Source of the DNA: an uncultured virus (IMG/VR IMGVR_UViG_3300005336_000020)
Taxonomy: Duplodnaviria > Heunggongvirae > Uroviricota > Caudoviricetes
Virus record (IMG/VR): IMGVR_UViG_3300005336_000020
Direction: 5' to 3' (one strand)
Length of the DNA: 64,000 bases
Positions 1 to 8,844 of this stretch are shown here, in pieces; the stretch's first letter is position 1; each line of letters begins with the position of its first letter. Position numbers and translations under genes: made by a program. Below the pieces are notes generated by a model, which was not told the DNA's origin, made no database searches, and saw only the letters and a list, made by a program, of their open reading frames with translations.

Positions 1-38
1 GAGAATCTGCCGGTCGACGAGGTGAGGGAGGCCCTGTA

Positions 39-446
39 ATGGCGTATATCGGGATCAAGTACAACTACCGGTTCGGCGGTGCCCAGCGGTACTACGGCGG
101 CGGCTCGCCCAATGGCGCCTTCGACATCGGGCTCTCCGCGTTTGTCATCGACCACCTGAACAAGTCGAGGCAGAAGCTCGTCCTGGAGATGTCGAACGCC
201 CGGCGCCGGGGTGAGGGCCTGGTGCGCGCGAAGTCGCGCGTGGACACCGGCCGGATGAAGTCCTCGGTCACCGGTACCGGTGACTTCGGTACGGACATCC
301 TGAAGATCAGCTTCGGATGGGAGCAGAACAACCCGTACTACGCCCCGTTCCAGGAGTTCGGTACCCGCAACGGCATCACGCCGATGATGGCCGTGCTCGA
401 CGCCTTCAACCAGGTGACGGCAGAACTCCAGGCGCGACTCAAGTGA
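39..446 (+). CDS. HK97 gp10-like neck/tail-completion protein
   Basis: Motifs SRVDTGRMKSS and YAPFQEFGTRN typical of the HK97-gp10 family; lies upstream of the tail genes. Confidence 0.75.
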   Translation: MAYIGIKYNYRFGGAQRYYGGGSPNGAFDIGLSAFVIDHLNKSRQKLVLEMSNARRRGEGLVRAKSRVDTGRMKSSVTGTGDFGTDILKISFGWEQNNPYYAPFQEFGTRNGITPMMAVLDAFNQVTAELQARLK

Positions 447-477
447 TCCCGGATCCACGCCCTGAAGGGGGTGAACG

Positions 478-963
478 ATGACCTCTCTGCTGGACTGGCA
501 GCTCGCCATCTACAACCGGCTCGACACCGGACTGCCGAACACGCCCGTTTTCCTGGAAGGCGTTCCTGAGAACACCGACGTCATCAAGGACCCCTCGGGC
601 TTCTACAAGCCGAGCGTCATCCTCTGGTTCGGCCAGGCATTCGACATCTCCGGATTCGGAGGCCGCCTCTCCGTCGCTGACCTCTGCGGAATTTCCGGAG
701 AGGACAAGGGCATCACGAAGAAGGCCGGGTTCATCGTCGAATCCGTTGCGCCATCCGGTCTTTCGCTGCTTCAGCTCGCCCAGGCGTGCCGGGATCTGCT
801 GGTTGGATACACGCCCGCAGACCAGGGCGAGATCGGTGAGGCCGGATCGGGAACGGTGCGCGATCCGTACCCGGTTGGTGTCGGCGACACGCTGCGTTTC
901 TACCTGGCGATCGGGTTCCAGGGTGTCGTGAATGTCAGCCAGCACACCGGAACCGGTTCGTGA
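478..963 (+). CDS. Probable tail terminator/completion protein
   Basis: 161 aa, between the gp10-like gene and the major tail protein; RBS-like GAAGGGG upstream. Confidence 0.55.
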   Translation: MTSLLDWQLAIYNRLDTGLPNTPVFLEGVPENTDVIKDPSGFYKPSVILWFGQAFDISGFGGRLSVADLCGISGEDKGITKKAGFIVESVAPSGLSLLQLAQACRDLLVGYTPADQGEIGEAGSGTVRDPYPVGVGDTLRFYLAIGFQGVVNVSQHTGTGS

Positions 964-1055
964 AGAATTCGCTTCGGGCGCCCAGCGTCCCAGGCAGGGG
1001 CTTTCGCGGTTAGACTCCGGTCAGGCACGATCATGCCTTCCGGCCGGAGGTACGA

Positions 1056-1622
1056 ATGGCAGCAGTGAAGAGCCTCCCCCCGTCGCTCACCATCTGGTGG
1101 GTCGACGAATCGGACCAGACGTCCGAGGGGTACGAGGGCACGTACGGCGAGGGTTTCGCGGACATCGACCACCCGACCGCCGCAGAGATCAACGCGGGTC
1201 TGAACATCTCGTGCGCACTGACCACCGACATCACGCTCGGCTGGACGGACCGCGACACGGACGACACGCGTGGCCTCTGTGACGACTCGAACGTGGCGAC
1301 CCCGACCGCGAAGAACTACGAAGGCCAGCTCAACGTCTTCCTGGACCGCGACCCGAACAAGCTCGACCCGTCGATCTACAACGACGTGATGCGCCTGTTC
1401 AAGAAGCCCCTCCGTTCGGGGTTCCTGGTCCAGCGGATCTCGAAGCACCCCGTTCGTGATCCGAACGCGGTGGACGACGACTGGGTCACGGTCTTCAAGT
1501 TCCTCTCCGGTGACCCCAACGTCATCAACGACGCGACCGCCCCCCTTCAGCTTCAGCCGACCATGTACGCCCAGGGCCAGTCCTCGGACGGCCTTGTGCA
1601 GGTCGGCAGCACCGCGAGCTGA
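1056..1622 (+). CDS. Major tail (tube) protein
   Basis: PTAAEINAGLNISCAL...GLCD motif resembles actinophage tail tube proteins; GGAGG RBS; synteny. Confidence 0.8.
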   Translation: MAAVKSLPPSLTIWWVDESDQTSEGYEGTYGEGFADIDHPTAAEINAGLNISCALTTDITLGWTDRDTDDTRGLCDDSNVATPTAKNYEGQLNVFLDRDPNKLDPSIYNDVMRLFKKPLRSGFLVQRISKHPVRDPNAVDDDWVTVFKFLSGDPNVINDATAPLQLQPTMYAQGQSSDGLVQVGSTAS

Positions 1623-1648
1623 CAACCCGTACGACCGAAGGAACGGAC

Positions 1649-2449
1649 ATGGCGCAGGACATTGCGGAGCCGGGCAACCCGGAGCCCGGCCCCGACAACT
1701 TCAGCTTCGAGGACTACCTGGAGGGGAACTCCACGTTCCCCGTGTTCGAGCACACCGCCTTCCTGGACCAGCGCAGCGGCTCCGAACTCGGTGGCGTGCT
1801 CGAAGAGCTGGAAGGTCTGGTCGAGAGCCTGGAGCGCGTCGAGAAGGACATCCGCAAGCGCACCGAGACCTCCGCGAACTCCTTCGTGGACTCGGTGCTG
1901 GATGCCCTTCAGGAGGAGCGCACCGAGCTGGAGGAGAAGATCGACAAGCTCTCCGAGCGGGTCGAGGAACTGAAGACGAAGATCGTGAAGTCGGGCATCA
2001 CGCTCGTCTTCCAGGTCAAGACACCGGAGGAGCTGGGGACGGTCACCCGTGAGGCGACCCGCCAGTTCCACAAGGAGAACCCGCACTACAAGGACGCGAG
2101 CGAGAACGACCTCGACTACATCACGGCCCGCAGCCGGTACACGCTGACCGCGCAGATCTCGCACTTCTGCACGGAGATCAAGCTGCCCGACGGCCGCGTG
2201 GTGCCGCCGCCGAACCGCAGCGGCGCCGACCTGCTCCTGAAGAAGCTCATCGCCTCCGAGACGATGCGCCTGATGGAGTCCGTGGGCACCGGCCTGTCGG
2301 CCTCGCGCGACTGGGCCGACAAGCTCGATGCCGGGTTTCCTGGCGGAAGCTCTCACCTGGAAGAAGTCGGCATGGGTGCGACCGCTGTTGAAGACGGCGA
2401 GATCGTGGTCCGTGCCCCCGCTGACCATGCTGACGGGACAGCCCTCTGA
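1649..2449 (+). CDS. Tail assembly chaperone (G-like)
   Basis: Acidic coiled-coil protein between the major tail and tape measure genes. Confidence 0.7.
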   Translation: MAQDIAEPGNPEPGPDNFSFEDYLEGNSTFPVFEHTAFLDQRSGSELGGVLEELEGLVESLERVEKDIRKRTETSANSFVDSVLDALQEERTELEEKIDKLSERVEELKTKIVKSGITLVFQVKTPEELGTVTREATRQFHKENPHYKDASENDLDYITARSRYTLTAQISHFCTEIKLPDGRVVPPPNRSGADLLLKKLIASETMRLMESVGTGLSASRDWADKLDAGFPGGSSHLEEVGMGATAVEDGEIVVRAPADHADGTAL

Positions 2450-2762
2450 GTGGTCCGACGAACGCAACCGCAAGCTGGCCATGGCCCTGACGATCCTGGA
2501 GGAGGAGACGTGCAAGTCCTGCGGCACTCCTGCCTGGATCGGCATGTCGACGAACAACGAGATCGTCTTCGACCTGAAGGGCGCCGTCTGCTACGGCTGC
2601 GCGGAGATCGAGAAGGACCGCGAGGACAGCGAGAAGCGGCGCGGGAAGATCCGCCAGAAGGGGGAGACCCGTTACGTCTCTGCACGTAACGTATGGGGCG
2701 CGGATACTCCGCTCCCCTCCCGGGCGCACTCCTACCAGCACGACATGCCGGACGGCGACTGA
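2328..2762 (+). CDS. Tail assembly chaperone extension (T-like), overlapping G in the +1 frame
   Basis: Overlaps the G ORF by about 120 nt, contains CKSCG/CYGC and ends just before the tape measure; candidate slip site GGGTTTC at 2333-2339. Confidence 0.65.
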   Translation: MPGFLAEALTWKKSAWVRPLLKTARSWSVPPLTMLTGQPSEWSDERNRKLAMALTILEEETCKSCGTPAWIGMSTNNEIVFDLKGAVCYGCAEIEKDREDSEKRRGKIRQKGETRYVSARNVWGADTPLPSRAHSYQHDMPDGD

Positions 2763-2775
2763 AGCGGAGGTCTAG

Positions 2776-5700
2776 GTGGCATCGAGCTTCGATGCGACAG
2801 CTCGCATCAACCTGGACATCCGTGCCTTCGCCCAGGGCGCCCAGGCCGTCACGAAGTCCGGCGGCCAGATGGAGAAGGTCTTCTCCAACCTGAACACGGT
2901 TCTGAGCAAGGTCGCTCTCGTGGAGAGCGGCCTTGCCGCCAAGCTCCGCACCTCGCTCAGCGTTTACAACTCGATCACCTCGGCGACGAAGAACTACGCC
3001 TCTGCCGTTCAGGCCCTCCAGAAGAACGAGGCGAACAGCGCCAACGGTGCGAAGCTGATGACGCAGGCGTTCCAGCAGCTCCGTTCGGCACTCGCCTCGG
3101 TTCAGGGCCTGAGCGAAAAGGAGTACGCGCGCCTGTCTCGCACGGTCACCCTGTACGAGAAGCTGGCGAACGTAATCCGCACCCTGGCGTCGGCGCAGAA
3201 GAACATGTCGTCGATCACCCAGAACGCGATCCAGGCGGAGCAGAAGGAAGCCCAGGCCAAGCAGAAGGCGGCCGAGGTCGCCCAGCGGCTCGCACTCGAA
3301 GAGCAGAAGCTGGCTATCCAGCGGGAGAAGCTGGCCCAGTCGGCGCAGCGCATCGCCCTCCAGGAGCAGGCGCTGGCCGCCGCCCGCGCCCGGACCGCCC
3401 AGGCGACCCAGAGCGCCCACCAGTCGACGGTCTCCTACTCGGGCTCCACGTTCGCTCTGCGCAACACCGTGGGCGAGCTGGAGAGTGCCTTCCAGTCGCT
3501 GTTCAACGTCCTGTCGAAGGTGCCCACGGCGCTCGCCGGGGCGGCCATCTCGCAGGAGGCGGCGTTCGCCCAGGTGGCCCGTGTTGTCGGCGAGGCGGAG
3601 GCGGCTTCGGTCGGCCTGCTCGCGAGGTTCCAGGAGATTGCCCAGCAGGCGCCGATCTCCTTCGAGGAAGTCGCCCGCATCGGTCAGCTCGGTGCCGCGA
3701 TCGGCATCTCGGAACAGAACCTCGGTGACTTCACCGACACCATCGTGAAGTTCTCGCTGACCACGGGTGTGGCGGCGGACGAGGCGACGCTGCTCCTCGG
3801 TCGTATCGCACAGATGCAGGACGTTCCGATCTCCGAGATCGACCAGCTCGGCTCCGCGATCCTCGCCCTCGGTACCGCGTCGGCCGCGACCGACCAGGAG
3901 ATCCTGCGCGTCAACGCCTCGATCGCCACCGTGTCGAACCTGTTCGGTCTCACCGCCCAGCAGACGGCCGGTCTCTCCGCCGCCCTGGCCACTCTCCAGG
4001 TCCGGCCCGAGCTGTCGCGTGGCGCTCTGACCCGTGTGTTCAACGAGCTGTCCACTGCCGTCTCCGACGGCGGCACCGAGCTGAGCAAGCTGGCCAAGGT
4101 CATGGGTATGACCGACAGCGAGGTCTCGAAGCTCTACAACAACCCGGCCACCCGGGGCGACTTCCTGCTGGCCTTCATCCAGGGGCTGAGCCGGGCCGCC
4201 GGAGCGGGCGGTGACGTCCAGGGCGTGCTGCGCGAACTCGGCGTCAACGCGGTCCGCGACATCGACGTGTTCTCCCGTCTGGCCAACAACGCCGACATCG
4301 TCAGCGAGTCCTTCGACCGGGCGAACCAGGAGTTCGCCAAGGGCACCGAGCTGAATCGGCAGTCCAAGGGCATCTACTCGACCACAGCGGCCGAACTCCA
4401 GAACCTCTCCGACGCCTTCCAGACGCTGCTCGCCACGCTCGGCGGACCGCTGGCCACGGCCATCGGTTCTGTCGCAGGCAGCCTGGCCAACGTCATCGGC
4501 TTCCTCGCGCACCTCGGCCCGGTCGTGCCGATCGTCGGTACCCTCGGCGCCCTGGCGGTCACGGCCGCAGCCGGGTGGGCTCTCTACCAGGTGGCCCTGT
4601 CCAAGACGATCCAGTCCCTGATCGCGGCCCGCGAGCTTCAGGAGCGCCTGAAGGTCAGCACGCTGAGCGCTCGCGTCGCGCTCGACATCTACCGCAACGG
4701 CTTCCAGGGCACGACGGCCGCGCAGGCGGCGGCGGCCAACTCCCAGCGCCAGCTCACGGTGAGCACGGAGGCCCTGTCGACGGCGCTGGCCGCGTCCTCG
4801 ACGACCATTCGAGGCTACTCGCTGGCGGCGGCGCAGTCGGCGACCGGCCTGAACGCGATGAGCACCGCGAGCCTCAACGCGGTGCGTGGTCAGGACGCCC
4901 TGTTCGCTTCGACGCTGGCCACGCAGACCTCCATGCGCCAGCTCAGCGCTCAGGCCACGGCTTCCGCGCTGGCGATGGCCAACGTCTCGAACGTCAACCG
5001 CAACCTGGCCCTGACACAGGCGCAGATCTCGAACTCCTCGCGCATCTTTGCCGGTCAGACGGCCATCGCCGCGACGGCGGTCGCCGGGCTGAACACGACG
5101 GAGGCCCGCGCCGTCCCGACGACGAACCTGATGTCGGCCTCGATGCGCAACGCGGCGGCGGCCGGTGCGCAGATGGGTGCCGGTATGGGAACGGCGGCTG
5201 CGGCGAGCACCGCTGCGGCAGGCGCCTTCACCCGGGCGACCACCGGCATCACGGCTTCCGGCCTGGCGGCCCGAGCGGCGGCGTTCGCCTTCGGCCCCTG
5301 GGGTATCGCCATCGCCACGGCGGGCATCCTGCTGGGCCCGCTCATCGGCAAGATGTTCGACTTCCGCTCGGAGTCCGAGAAGATCGCCGACGCGGCATTC
5401 GAGGCGAGCGGCGGCACGCAGGCCCTGGCCAACGCGATCAAGGCCGACACCGACGCGGCGGTCCTTGCGGCCGGTGGCGTCAGGCAGTACAACGCGGCCA
5501 TCAAGGACGGCTCGAAGAGCGCCCTGGACGCCATCGGTGTCTACCGCACAGTCACCACCACGAAGGGCGACCTGGCGGATGCCGACGTGCGCTCGGCCGA
5601 GGCGGCGCGTACCGAGGCCAAGGAGCGGCTGCGGGCGATCGAGGCCACCAAGGGATCGAAGGAGGCCCTGGAGGAGCAGGCCAAGGGGCACGGCACCGGA

Positions 5701-7995
5701 GCCCAGGCGGCACAGCGCTACCTTCGCGAGATCGCGAAGGAAGAGGGCGTCATCAACAAGACGACCGAGGCGCTGGGTGAGAACACGGCAGCCATCGGCG
5801 AGAACACCAAGCAGTGGCTGCTCGACACCGCGCAGGCAGCGGTGGAGACCTCGAAGCTGGCCGACGGAAGCGACCTGAGCCGCCGTTCCCTCGAACAGCT
5901 CGGCGAGGCGGGTGTCAACGTCGGCGACCTGCTGGAGACCTCCCTCTCGGATCCCGACAAGGCGCTCAAGCAGCTCGACGCGGCGATCAAGGAAGTCGGC
6001 AAGACGGCCGACAACTACGCGCCGTCGGGATCCGGCAAGCTCGGCGAGCAGATCAACAACGAGGCGGCTGCGGCCATCCGACTGAAGAACTTCCTGGAGG
6101 CCCTGCGTACGACGATCTCCGCCGAGGACAGCGCCTCGACGAAGCTCTCGATCACGAAGGGCCTGCTGGCTGACGCGCTCGACGAGACGGGCACCTCGGC
6201 CAGCTCGGCGAGTGGCAAGATCAAGCTGACAAAGTCGGCTCTGGAAGACCTGGACACCACGGGTGAAGAGGCACAGCAGGCGATCGATCAGCTCGCGACC
6301 TCGTTCGAGAAGTTCGGCACTCCGCTCGATGCCTTCAAGTCGGCGGCCGAGTCGGCGTTCGGCAAGGCCGAGGACGCGATCGACAAGTTCTCGCTGAAGA
6401 CCAAGGGCGGCCTGGACGCGTATATCAAGGAACTGGAGAAGATCGCCAAGGCGCAGCGTGACTGGTCCGCGAACCTGATCAAGATCTCCGCGACCCTCGG
6501 CCCGGAGGTCGCCGAGCAGTTCCGCAAGATGGGACCCGAGGCGGCGCCCGCTGTCGCCGAGCTGGCCAACCTCTCGGCGAAGGAGCTGGAGAAGCTGGGC
6601 CCGCGCCTGGCCGAGATCGGCGGCGACGCCACCAGCAACCTCGCGGCGGCCATCATCCAGAACTCCGGGAAGATCGAGAACGCCACCCTTCAGACCAGGA
6701 CGCTCATCGCCGACGTCTTCGGCAACCTGATCGACAAGGCAAAGACCAGCGAGCAGTTCGCCGATGTCTCGAACCAGTACGCCAAGCTGGTCACCCAGCT
6801 CGGTCAGCTCAAGGGCGTGAAGATCGACATCTCGGCCGACGACGCCAAGGCGTTCAAGTCGCTCAACGACCTGAGCCTGTACATCGATCTCGTCGGCAAG
6901 AAGAAGGTCAAGCCCGAGATCGCTATCGACATCATCAAGGCGCAGGGTGACATCACCAAGCTCCAGGAGCTGCTGAAGAACACGAACCTGAACAAGGAGG
7001 GCAAGGCCACCCTCAACACCCTGATCTTCCAGTCGCAGCTCACCCAGCTCACCACGTTCGTGGACACCCTGGAGGCAGAAGGCAAGCTCGACGCCAAGGG
7101 CAAGGGCAAGCTGAGCGACGAGGAGTACCGGGCGAAGGTGCTCGCGCTGACCGAGTTCCTGGCGTCCTCGGAAGGTCAGGGCCTGCTCAACCCGAAGGGC
7201 AAGGCGCAGCTCGACGACAAGGCGTACCGAGCCCAGATGACGGCTCTCGCCCAGCTCATCCTGGGCAAGGAGGCGGCCGGTGAGTTCGACGTCAACGGCG
7301 ACGGCAAGCTCGACGACGACGAGTTCAAGGCCCTCCTGGAAGCCCTGAAGCGGGCGGTCGCCGACGCGAACAAGGGCAAGCTGAACCCGAAGGGCACCGT
7401 CACGCTGGCCGGTGTCAGCACCTTCAACCGGCAGCTCGGTGGAATCGTCCAGGCCGCATACACGGCCGGTGGTCGCATCACCAACGCCCTGACCAGGTCG
7501 GCCACCGTCTCGGTGGGCTACTACTACTACCAGAAGAACTCCCCGCCGAAGAGCTACGCGGCGGCCAACGGCGGATGGATCAACGGACCCGGCGGCCCGA
7601 AGTCCGACGTGATTCCGGCGATGCTCTCGAACGGAGAGTTCGTCGTGAACGCGGCGTCGGCCAAGCGCTTCGGTGCCCTTCTGGAGATCATCAACCGGTC
7701 GGGCGGTCGGGGCTTCGGCGGTGTCGCCAAGCGTCTGCTGGACTCCGGGGTGACGGGCGGCTCGAAGCAGGTACGGGCCCGGCAGGGCGGCGCCGGGACG
7801 ACGATGCTCGGCGGCAGTAGCGCGGTGCAGCAGGTGCCGCCGGAAAGCGTGTCGGTGTTCACTGCTCGGCTGGCGATGCCGAACACGGGACCGACGAACG
7901 TCTTCAACATCAACAACCAGTACCCGCAGGCGGAGCCCACGTCGACTACGATCAACAGGTCGCTGGCCTACGCAGCGACGATCAGCGGGGTGTGA
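2776..7995 (+). CDS. Tape measure protein (TP901-like core)
   Basis: 1739 aa, Ala-rich and helical; TP901-type core; C-terminal ANGGWINGPGGPKSDVIPAMLSNGEFVVNA motif typical of TMPs. Confidence 0.95.
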   Translation: MASSFDATARINLDIRAFAQGAQAVTKSGGQMEKVFSNLNTVLSKVALVESGLAAKLRTSLSVYNSITSATKNYASAVQALQKNEANSANGAKLMTQAFQQLRSALASVQGLSEKEYARLSRTVTLYEKLANVIRTLASAQKNMSSITQNAIQAEQKEAQAKQKAAEVAQRLALEEQKLAIQREKLAQSAQRIALQEQALAAARARTAQATQSAHQSTVSYSGSTFALRNTVGELESAFQSLFNVLSKVPTALAGAAISQEAAFAQVARVVGEAEAASVGLLARFQEIAQQAPISFEEVARIGQLGAAIGISEQNLGDFTDTIVKFSLTTGVAADEATLLLGRIAQMQDVPISEIDQLGSAILALGTASAATDQEILRVNASIATVSNLFGLTAQQTAGLSAALATLQVRPELSRGALTRVFNELSTAVSDGGTELSKLAKVMGMTDSEVSKLYNNPATRGDFLLAFIQGLSRAAGAGGDVQGVLRELGVNAVRDIDVFSRLANNADIVSESFDRANQEFAKGTELNRQSKGIYSTTAAELQNLSDAFQTLLATLGGPLATAIGSVAGSLANVIGFLAHLGPVVPIVGTLGALAVTAAAGWALYQVALSKTIQSLIAARELQERLKVSTLSARVALDIYRNGFQGTTAAQAAAANSQRQLTVSTEALSTALAASSTTIRGYSLAAAQSATGLNAMSTASLNAVRGQDALFASTLATQTSMRQLSAQATASALAMANVSNVNRNLALTQAQISNSSRIFAGQTAIAATAVAGLNTTEARAVPTTNLMSASMRNAAAAGAQMGAGMGTAAAASTAAAGAFTRATTGITASGLAARAAAFAFGPWGIAIATAGILLGPLIGKMFDFRSESEKIADAAFEASGGTQALANAIKADTDAAVLAAGGVRQYNAAIKDGSKSALDAIGVYRTVTTTKGDLADADVRSAEAARTEAKERLRAIEATKGSKEALEEQAKGHGTGAQAAQRYLREIAKEEGVINKTTEALGENTAAIGENTKQWLLDTAQAAVETSKLADGSDLSRRSLEQLGEAGVNVGDLLETSLSDPDKALKQLDAAIKEVGKTADNYAPSGSGKLGEQINNEAAAAIRLKNFLEALRTTISAEDSASTKLSITKGLLADALDETGTSASSASGKIKLTKSALEDLDTTGEEAQQAIDQLATSFEKFGTPLDAFKSAAESAFGKAEDAIDKFSLKTKGGLDAYIKELEKIAKAQRDWSANLIKISATLGPEVAEQFRKMGPEAAPAVAELANLSAKELEKLGPRLAEIGGDATSNLAAAIIQNSGKIENATLQTRTLIADVFGNLIDKAKTSEQFADVSNQYAKLVTQLGQLKGVKIDISADDAKAFKSLNDLSLYIDLVGKKKVKPEIAIDIIKAQGDITKLQELLKNTNLNKEGKATLNTLIFQSQLTQLTTFVDTLEAEGKLDAKGKGKLSDEEYRAKVLALTEFLASSEGQGLLNPKGKAQLDDKAYRAQMTALAQLILGKEAAGEFDVNGDGKLDDDEFKALLEALKRAVADANKGKLNPKGTVTLAGVSTFNRQLGGIVQAAYTAGGRITNALTRSATVSVGYYYYQKNSPPKSYAAANGGWINGPGGPKSDVIPAMLSNGEFVVNAASAKRFGALLEIINRSGGRGFGGVAKRLLDSGVTGGSKQVRARQGGAGTTMLGGSSAVQQVPPESVSVFTARLAMPNTGPTNVFNINNQYPQAEPTSTTINRSLAYAATISGV

Positions 7996-7998
7996 GCG

Positions 7999-8841
7999 GT
8001 GGCGACGGCATACAAGATCAATGGATACACCATCGGCGGCAAGGCCATCACCTCCGGCATGTACCTCCTGGAGGGCACCGAGTACGCACCCGCCCTGGCG
8101 CCGCGACGTGCCGTCATCGAGGTGCCGAACACGCACTACGCGATTCCCCAGTGGGACGATCCGCTGTCGCAGATCACCGTCTCCCTGAAGATCCGCATAG
8201 TTGACCTCACGCCCGAGGCTCTGGCCTCGCGCTGGAACACCCTGATGGGCCTGCTCGGGATGGGCACGAACCAGCCCATCACCCTCACTCGGGTCCGGGG
8301 GACGATCGAGGAGACGGCCGACGCCCAGCTCGTCTCGATGAATACCCCGGACTTCTCCTGCCCGAGCGACCGGGCCGACGCGACGATCATCTTCAACGTC
8401 CCGGGCGGAGCCTGGCGCGGCGCCGAGACGACGGCCACGTTCTTCAACAGCTCCTCGAACACCCTGGCCAACGCACTCGCCTCGACGGTGCCGATCGCAG
8501 ACGCCCTCCTGCTGCTGAAGGGCCCGGCCACATCTCTCACGGTTACCGACAACACCTCGACCACCACGGTCTTCTGGGGCGACGGCTCCTCGTCGGTCAG
8601 CTCGGCGCAGTGGCTGCTGATCGACCCCCGCTACATGCGGGCCCGCCTTCAGTCCTCGGAAGTCTGGACTTTCACCACAGGGACGAACGTCACGGGCGCT
8701 CTGGAATTCCGTGGAAACGGGCCCCTGACTTTCACGTCGCGCGGCTCCGGTTCTTTCGGGAACAGGACCGGTACATTCACCGTTACAACTGCTGGCGGAA
8801 ACAACGGAGTGCAGGTGCGATCCAGGTACGCGGTGGTGTGA
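7999..8841 (+). CDS. Distal tail / minor tail protein (Dit-like)
   Basis: 280 aa directly after the TMP; beta-rich composition. Confidence 0.65.
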   Translation: MATAYKINGYTIGGKAITSGMYLLEGTEYAPALAPRRAVIEVPNTHYAIPQWDDPLSQITVSLKIRIVDLTPEALASRWNTLMGLLGMGTNQPITLTRVRGTIEETADAQLVSMNTPDFSCPSDRADATIIFNVPGGAWRGAETTATFFNSSSNTLANALASTVPIADALLLLKGPATSLTVTDNTSTTTVFWGDGSSSVSSAQWLLIDPRYMRARLQSSEVWTFTTGTNVTGALEFRGNGPLTFTSRGSGSFGNRTGTFTVTTAGGNNGVQVRSRYAVV

Positions 8842-8844
8842 CAT

